A stretch of 49,823 nucleotides of DNA. Source: a virus. Lineage: Duplodnaviria > Heunggongvirae > Uroviricota > Caudoviricetes. The stretch lies in the IMG/VR virus record IMGVR_UViG_3300032007_001569; one strand, given 5' to 3'. The notes beneath the pieces were generated by a model. The model was not told the DNA's origin. It did not search any database and was given only the letters and a program-made list of their open reading frames with translations. Position 1 is the first letter of the stretch. Every line of letters begins with the position of its first letter. Positions 44,376 to 49,823 of this stretch are shown piece after piece. Both the position numbers and the translations under genes were made by a program.

Positions 44376-44624
44376 ATGAATCAAATTCAGTTCAAATGTC
44401 TTGATGAAGCAATCGAGTGTTATGGACGAGAGAATTTAATAGCAATAGATAATATAAAGCAAATCATTTTCTATACATCGCATGGGTGTCAACCTAAGTT
44501 TGTTTGGGAAAAAGAAAATGCGCCTGGCAAACTTACATGTTGGTTTCACAAAGGCGAGACCAAATATATCTATGCGAAATGGATGAGCAATCGTCCTAAA
44601 GCACAAAAAGAGTCAATGGAATAA
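44376..44624 (+). CDS. Hypothetical protein
   Basis: ORF with GGAG RBS. Confidence 0.7.
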   Translation: MNQIQFKCLDEAIECYGRENLIAIDNIKQIIFYTSHGCQPKFVWEKENAPGKLTCWFHKGETKYIYAKWMSNRPKAQKESME

Positions 44625-44638
44625 AGGAGACAAATGAA

Positions 44639-44920
44639 ATGTATAGAGTCGTTGGTTATACCCGTGAAGGGAAACCTTTCAACTATATGGAGTTTCAATG
44701 TGACACCGAAGATGATGTTAAGGATTTACCGCATTTCGCTAATGGCGGATGCGCAATAGGCTCAAAGGCATTTATTGAATCCACAAAGCACACATGGAAT
44801 CTTGGCAATGATGACGAGTGGAAAGATATTGGAGAGTCTGGATCAGGCGGTGGCGGCGGTGACGGTTCTGCGCTATATATTGCGACCGCCGCAGAGACGA
44901 AAGAGTTCCTGGGAATTTGA
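44639..44920 (+). CDS. Hypothetical tail-region protein
   Basis: AAGGAG RBS; Gly-rich linker. Confidence 0.65.
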   Translation: MYRVVGYTREGKPFNYMEFQCDTEDDVKDLPHFANGGCAIGSKAFIESTKHTWNLGNDDEWKDIGESGSGGGGGDGSALYIATAAETKEFLGI

Positions 44921-44929
44921 GGTACGAAT

Positions 44930-45982
44930 ATGGCAGAAAATAAAAATAAACTCGCAAATCTTGAAGATTTGAAAATTGTTCACGATTATCAGGAACAAAA
45001 AAGTAAGTACAGAATTACTGCACTGGCAAACTCGGAAGTCGCCAATGAGAGTATTATCGAAGCTGTCGGCATTCCGATTTATTTGAATGATTTTACTGAT
45101 TATTCAGCATATGGGCTAAGTGAGGCTGGATGGTATGTTTTTGGCAGAGTAAACGCACGCCCAGGTGATGCTGTAACGGCAGAGACCACTGTCGAAGGTG
45201 CTGCCGGGTACATTTCCGAAGTCGGCGAAACGCATATTGATCTCGCAATTAGGTTTGGTGTCACGGCGGCATCTCAAAGGGTGACAATTAGTTGGGGTAA
45301 TTCTATTGATACCTATGTATTCAAAGCAACAGATTTAGCGATCCGTAATCTTGATTATAGGACGACGTTCTATATTTATGACGCGGCTCCATATGTCACT
45401 TGGACATATGCTCTGGAGACAAGTGCGACCTTTGAGTCTGGCATACATTACTACACTAAAAATGGCGACGTGTATTCTCAGGCCGATGTTCCTCAGGGCA
45501 ATGCCGGTGCCGATGCTAACGTGCCAGCCTATTACATACTCGTGGATGAGACCTATACCCAGGCCACCGGCGTATTTGAGAGTGGCGTCACCTATTACAC
45601 AAAGGTCAATAATGACTATGCAGAAGCTGAAGTTACAGTTGGAGACCCTATTCCAGCCTATTACAAGCATTCAAAAGTTACAATCTCTGGACTGGCTCGG
45701 AATATCACTTATCGACTAAACGATTTGATAGACTGCCCAATGGAGTTTATTTTGCCAAACATTGAAGATGAAACCCATGGCTGTTGGTTTGAAATCCGTT
45801 GTCGTCACGCTGGCGAGTATAGTATGACTTTAGTTCCACCTTCAAGTGATGTGAAAGTGGCAACAGAACACACTCAAAAGGAAACCGCTGGCATCAATGT
45901 TATCGACCTGCATTACACAAGCATTGACGGAGTAAAACTGTGGCGTTTCCTAAATACGCATTCCAGTATTCCGACAACTTAA
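44930..45982 (+). CDS. Tail fibre/baseplate-related protein with FESG..YYTK repeats
   Basis: TFESGIHYYTK and VFESGVTYYTK internal repeat. Confidence 0.6.
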   Translation: MAENKNKLANLEDLKIVHDYQEQKSKYRITALANSEVANESIIEAVGIPIYLNDFTDYSAYGLSEAGWYVFGRVNARPGDAVTAETTVEGAAGYISEVGETHIDLAIRFGVTAASQRVTISWGNSIDTYVFKATDLAIRNLDYRTTFYIYDAAPYVTWTYALETSATFESGIHYYTKNGDVYSQADVPQGNAGADANVPAYYILVDETYTQATGVFESGVTYYTKVNNDYAEAEVTVGDPIPAYYKHSKVTISGLARNITYRLNDLIDCPMEFILPNIEDETHGCWFEIRCRHAGEYSMTLVPPSSDVKVATEHTQKETAGINVIDLHYTSIDGVKLWRFLNTHSSIPTT

Positions 45983-45997
45983 TGGGGGTGAATCAAT

Positions 45998-46280
45998 ATG
46001 GCCGATAGAAATTGGAGCTACGAAAAAATGGGAGAGGATATGGACATCATTACATGTCCTATAGATGATAAAGACGGCAGTGTAACAGGCAAAATAATTC
46101 TTAATGTTCCCGCTTATTTTGATGAAAACCCACAAGAAAGAATCCGTCTTGGTTGGACTAAACATATATTTCATAATACAGATGATATTGATTACAACAG
46201 GCAGACGCAGTTTCTCGTAAAAACCACAAAACAGATAGATGACTTTACCATTGAGGACGAATATCATATCCTTAATAAGA
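45998..46280 (+). pseudogene. 5' part of a gene split by the transposon (3' part at 49417-49490)
   Basis: Removing the element and one TSD copy restores a 357-nt ORF ending ...HILNKSEDQLLFEDMLDVAMSGSGGFMFF*. Confidence 0.85.
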
Positions 46281-46399
46281 TGTTATTGCTCCCGTAGCCT
46301 GTCACAGAACTGCTCTATCGGCCTGACATGAAACTGCTCCGCAAGCTGTCACAGGCTGGAAATCCGGAAGGGGCCAGGCAGAGCGAGGCCCCATCACGG

Positions 46400-47206
46400 T
46401 CAGTGAGCGATTTCATGTTCAAGAACAAAGTTCACCATGTAGTCATCAACCAGCTTGCGCTGAAGCTGGAAAGCGTACATTAGGCTTTTCTCGCAAATCC
46501 TGTTAATCACGCGGGGGATTCCGGCAGATTCCTTGGCAATGACATCCAGGGCCTTCATGGTGAAAATCTCGGTCGGGCCTTCGGCGTACTCCAGATGTGA
46601 ACGGACATAGCGCTCGGTTTCAGCACGGTCCAGGTGCGGGATCACGCAATTCACATCAATACGCTGCCGTATGGCGGCATAACGCTGGAGACGGAGCTTC
46701 TCGGCCCACAATTCCGTCTGTCCCACAAGAATCAGCGCCATGGGACTCGTGGAATCGAATTCAAAGTTCAGCAGGAACCGAAATTCTTCCAGAGTTTCCT
46801 TGTCAAGCAGATGCGCCTCGTCCAGGACACAGACGATTTTCTTCTTGTCGTTTGCCCGAATCCTCCTGATTTCATTCTGCAACTGGTCTTTTGCTTCGCT
46901 GCGGTAGAATTTCGGTTCCAGGCCCAACTGCCGGAGCATCCCCTTGTAAAGCCAGCTTGGGGTGAGCTTGGAATCGGAAAGGTACAGCAGGATGTACTCG
47001 TCCCGGCTCAGACTGTCGGCAAACTTGCGGATCATGGTGGATTTCCCGCATCCGGCATCCGACGTGAGCACGGCGAAAAGCTGCCGGTCCGCCACATAGC
47101 CGAGCCGTCCAAGAATGTTCGCGGTGGATGCGGATTCATACAGCCTCTCTGGCGGCACGTTCCTGGTGAATGGCGTATGCTTCATGCCGAAGAAGTCTTC
47201 AAACAT
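46400..47206 (-). CDS. ExeA-family AAA ATPase (transposition helper)
   Basis: FFGMKHTPF start, SDAGCGKST Walker A, VLDEAH Walker B, GIPRVIN. Confidence 0.88.
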   Translation of the reverse strand: MFEDFFGMKHTPFTRNVPPERLYESASTANILGRLGYVADRQLFAVLTSDAGCGKSTMIRKFADSLSRDEYILLYLSDSKLTPSWLYKGMLRQLGLEPKFYRSEAKDQLQNEIRRIRANDKKKIVCVLDEAHLLDKETLEEFRFLLNFEFDSTSPMALILVGQTELWAEKLRLQRYAAIRQRIDVNCVIPHLDRAETERYVRSHLEYAEGPTEIFTMKALDVIAKESAGIPRVINRICEKSLMYAFQLQRKLVDDYMVNFVLEHEIAH

Positions 47207-48623
47207 CCGTCTCACCGCCCTTCGGAGCATCTTTGCGGAAGCTGCTGAACGAGATGGCGTTTGCCTGAACCTGCTGCCGGGCGTTGTGCTTCTTTTCCAG
47301 CACATCCAGCATGCGGGACGTCTGCGGCTCAACCGGCAGCATGGAAACGGGCACGGCCGGTTTCGGGTCGCAATACTCGCCAATGGTGAGCTGCCTGGCC
47401 TGAACCGGCTCAATCCCGGGGTAACGAACGGTTACAGTGTCCAGGCACATCGGGTTGTAGGAGACCTCAACCTTTGCGCCAATGAGCGCGGCGCTGACTT
47501 CAAACTGCCGCCCTTCCAGGCTAATGCAGCCGCCTTTGTCCACGTTGCGCATGACGTGGTGGAGAAAGGCTTCCGCAACAACGGCCGTGTCGAGAAAGGT
47601 AAGGCGGCGGGAGTCCCGGTTCCACTCCTGCAGCGGAGAGATACCGCCCTGGGGCACTTCCCATCCCTGGCTGCGGTAGTATTCCGCCAACCCGCCATGG
47701 GGTCTGTTGTGGTAGTATTCGTCTACCCACAGATGCCACATACGGTTCATCTCTTCCAAGGTGGTAATCTTCTTGGCCTTGGCTTCCCGCAGGAAAGCGT
47801 CCACGAAGCTGTTATAGGCTTCAATCTTTCCCTTGGACTGCGCGGAATAGGGCTGACAGTGGAGGATGCGGATGCTGAGCCGCCCCAGAGCGTCCTTGAG
47901 ATCCTTGGAAATGTACTGCGTACCGTTATCCAGGTAGAAAGCGTCCGGCTTGCCGAACTGGAGAATGGCCTTGTGAAAAGTATCCTCCACAATCTGAGCT
48001 TCCTGGTTGTCGTACCAGTCCGAGGAAAGAATCCTGCGGCTATGGTCGTCAATGAGGGCAGAAAGATAGGTCTGGATTTTCTTCCCGCCGGGGCCAACAG
48101 GCAGCACAGGGCCAAACTTAATGTCCCCTTGGACAAGCATCATCCTGTGCGGCTTGCAGAAACGCTTGGACGATGAGTACTTCACCTCACTGTACTTCTT
48201 CATCTGCTTCTTGCCGTATCCGGCATTGTACAGATACCGCTGCAGCGTAGAGCGCTTCAGTTCTCCATGTCCGACCCACCCCTCGCCCTCCAGGATGTAG
48301 ATGATCTGCTCCACCGAGCGCAGTGGCACCTCGCGCTTCAGCAGGATCGCTTGCTGAAGCACTTCGCTGAAGTTCTTCGGCAGCTTTGCGGAACGGCGCT
48401 GCGCGCGATTCGCAGGTTTCAGCGCTGAAAAACCGCCCGCAGTATGCAGCTTTTCCCAACGGTACAGGGTGCGGATGGAAATGTCCTTGTCCTGGGCAAT
48501 TTGTTGGCGCAATGTATTCTTCTTCTTGGCGTCCAGTTCCGTGTCCAGCAGCGGTGAAATCATCTGGAACCGGAACAAAGCCTGTTCGTCCTGCCATTTC
48601 TGGGAATTTGGAATGTCGCTCAT
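47199..48623 (-). CDS. DDE transposase (rve core, Mu-like C-terminus)
   Basis: QGD, IDDHS, YLDNG, KGKIE; HNRPH; N-terminal HTH. Confidence 0.92.
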   Translation of the reverse strand: MSDIPNSQKWQDEQALFRFQMISPLLDTELDAKKKNTLRQQIAQDKDISIRTLYRWEKLHTAGGFSALKPANRAQRRSAKLPKNFSEVLQQAILLKREVPLRSVEQIIYILEGEGWVGHGELKRSTLQRYLYNAGYGKKQMKKYSEVKYSSSKRFCKPHRMMLVQGDIKFGPVLPVGPGGKKIQTYLSALIDDHSRRILSSDWYDNQEAQIVEDTFHKAILQFGKPDAFYLDNGTQYISKDLKDALGRLSIRILHCQPYSAQSKGKIEAYNSFVDAFLREAKAKKITTLEEMNRMWHLWVDEYYHNRPHGGLAEYYRSQGWEVPQGGISPLQEWNRDSRRLTFLDTAVVAEAFLHHVMRNVDKGGCISLEGRQFEVSAALIGAKVEVSYNPMCLDTVTVRYPGIEPVQARQLTIGEYCDPKPAVPVSMLPVEPQTSRMLDVLEKKHNARQQVQANAISFSSFRKDAPKGGETDV

Positions 48624-48697
48624 GGCATTAGCCCCCTTTCGGGACTAATGATACACATTTTCCCCTTTGACAGCGAAACAAAGTAGGTGCATGCCCC

Positions 48698-49345
48698 TTA
48701 AGGGGCAGATGGCGGCCAGGGCTCCAGGGAAGCGCCGGTATTGTACACCAGACGATTGATGATGGTAAGCCAGTGGTTTTCCCGGTCACGGAACTTATCC
48801 CGCAGGTAATCCAACATACTTTCCTGGGCTTTCAGGAACTCCACTCCCAGCTTCAGCAACCGGAAACCAACGGAGCGGACATATCCCTCTATGAATGGGC
48901 GATTATGTTCGATCCATAGCTTCCAGCGTTCCATGGTTCTCGCACAGGGATAATCCTCGCTCTCCAAATCGTCCTGCGTGATGACCCCATCCACGACGCC
49001 CTCAATGACTTCGACCTCATAGTGCTTGTGGGGACTTAAATTGGTAGGAAGTTCATTGTGCAGCCTATGGCAATTCTTGCAAAACAGGCGGCGGATACGG
49101 CCCCACAGCTTCACTCCGCCTTCCCGCCGGATATGACGCAGGCGAGTATCCCGGTACTTCATGGGAGCCTGGCACTCAGGGCAAACCGGAAATTCGTCTC
49201 CACGGCATTTCCATTCGCCTAAAAGGTTGAAATCTGCCTCGCAATTTGATATAATACACATGGCACATGCCATGAGGTCATTGCGAAGCAGGTCCGCCAA
49301 GACACGCAGCTCGCAATGACCTTTCCTTTCGTCGCTTTTTGTCAT
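48698..49345 (-). CDS. Zn-finger accessory protein (DUF6431-like); start uncertain
   Basis: CPEC, RRLFCKNC..LHNELP..L.PHKHY. Confidence 0.75.
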   Translation of the reverse strand: MTKSDERKGHCELRVLADLLRNDLMACAMCIISNCEADFNLLGEWKCRGDEFPVCPECQAPMKYRDTRLRHIRREGGVKLWGRIRRLFCKNCHRLHNELPTNLSPHKHYEVEVIEGVVDGVITQDDLESEDYPCARTMERWKLWIEHNRPFIEGYVRSVGFRLLKLGVEFLKAQESMLDYLRDKFRDRENHWLTIINRLVYNTGASLEPWPPSAP

Positions 49346-49416
49346 TATAGCGAGCAATTCCCTGTCAGTCAAGCAGAGCAGTTTTCGGACGGCCTATGCG
49401 GGCAGAAACAATAAGA

Positions 49417-49490
49417 GTGAAGACCAACTGCTATTTGAAGATATGCTGGATGTCGCAATGAGCGGAAGCGGCGGATTTATGTTTTTCTGA
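49417..49490 (+). pseudogene. 3' remnant of the split gene
   Basis: In frame with 45998-46280 after TSD removal. Confidence 0.8.
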
Positions 49491-49510
49491 GAATTAGGAG
49501 GCAATGAAAA

Positions 49511-49672
49511 ATGGAAAGAGATTTGAATATTATGGACACTATTCAGCAAGAAAAAGCTCGTGAAATCCAAGAACAGGAGCTTCAACCTCTCGATGCTGAA
49601 GGTCGGAAGATGGCCGAATACAAGCGTTTTACTTTTGATGTGATCGATATTCCTACCGATCCACTTCGGTAA
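49511..49672 (+). CDS. Small hypothetical protein (53 aa, MERDLNIMD...)
   Basis: Hand-translated; GGAGG RBS. Confidence 0.6.
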   Translation: MERDLNIMDTIQQEKAREIQEQELQPLDAEGRKMAEYKRFTFDVIDIPTDPLR

Positions 49673-49684
49673 GGAGGGCGGCAT

Positions 49685-49823
49685 ATGTTTGATATTGAGG
49701 CTATTACCTCGCCGAAGCCTACTGATTGCGGCGCAACATGCCTGAAAATGTTGCTTGCTTACTATGGTGTAGATGTTCCGCTGGCTCAGCTAGTCAAAGA
49801 TTGCAACACTCGCATTTCTGGTT
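49685..49823 (+). CDS. Peptidase C39-like protein (partial, runs off the window)
   Basis: DCGATCLKMLLAYYG motif; GGAGG RBS. Confidence 0.75.
   Translation, partial: MFDIEAITSPKPTDCGATCLKMLLAYYGVDVPLAQLVKDCNTRISG

Larger units (their letters stand above)
46281..49410 (-). mobile_element. Three-gene Mu/Tn552-like transposon, 3130 bp
   Basis: TGTT...AACA ends, imperfect terminal IRs, three TGCTC-core sites per end at 24-bp spacing, ATAAGA TSD (46275-46280 and 49411-49416). Confidence 0.92.

Noticed and set aside
43994-44624. Tail assembly chaperone programmed frameshift
   Set aside because: A terminator-like hairpin separates the two ORFs, and I found no convincing slippery site.
47115-48176. 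353-aa plus-strand ORF (also 46634-47248, 39118-39771, 15067-15729)
   Set aside because: Antisense shadows of well-supported, codon-biased genes; no recognisable motifs.
1-49823. Integrase/att site, replication genes, lysis genes
   Set aside because: None recognisable in this window, so prophage versus free phage cannot be decided here.

Overview
The window looks like part of a large SPbeta-like (YonO-encoding) phage or prophage of a Bacillota/Clostridia host, in five blocks. (1) 1-15.6 kb: about 35 small, mostly leftward genes arranged as repeating cassettes. Each has a TTGACAA-N10-CCGAGT-(-10) promoter, 1-7 genes, a terminator, and an untranscribed tract of a degenerate 25-bp motif at ~47-bp period. 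Recognisable cargo: gamma-glutamylcyclotransferase, amidoligase, J-domain protein, BRO antirepressor with a divergent HTH gene, and a possible SAM-lyase/PII-like protein. (2) 15.6-17.3 kb: a non-coding strand-switch region with short repeats, iteron-like boxes and several perfect hairpins (origin or terminus candidate). (3) 17.4-23.8 kb: small Cys-rich accessory genes, a DUF2829/Tad2-like gene and a double Lar gene. (4) 23.8-46.3 kb: YonO-like RNA polymerase, Zn-finger gene, tRNA-Asn, beta-CASP nuclease, ClpP, metallophosphoesterase, HU, then terminase, portal, scaffold, capsid, neck and tail genes. (5) 46281-49410: a three-gene TG...CA transposon (Zn-finger ORF, Mu-like DDE transposase, ExeA-like ATPase) with a 6-bp target duplication that splits a tail-region gene; a C39-like peptidase gene starts at the right edge. 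All family calls are from motifs read by eye; no searches were run.
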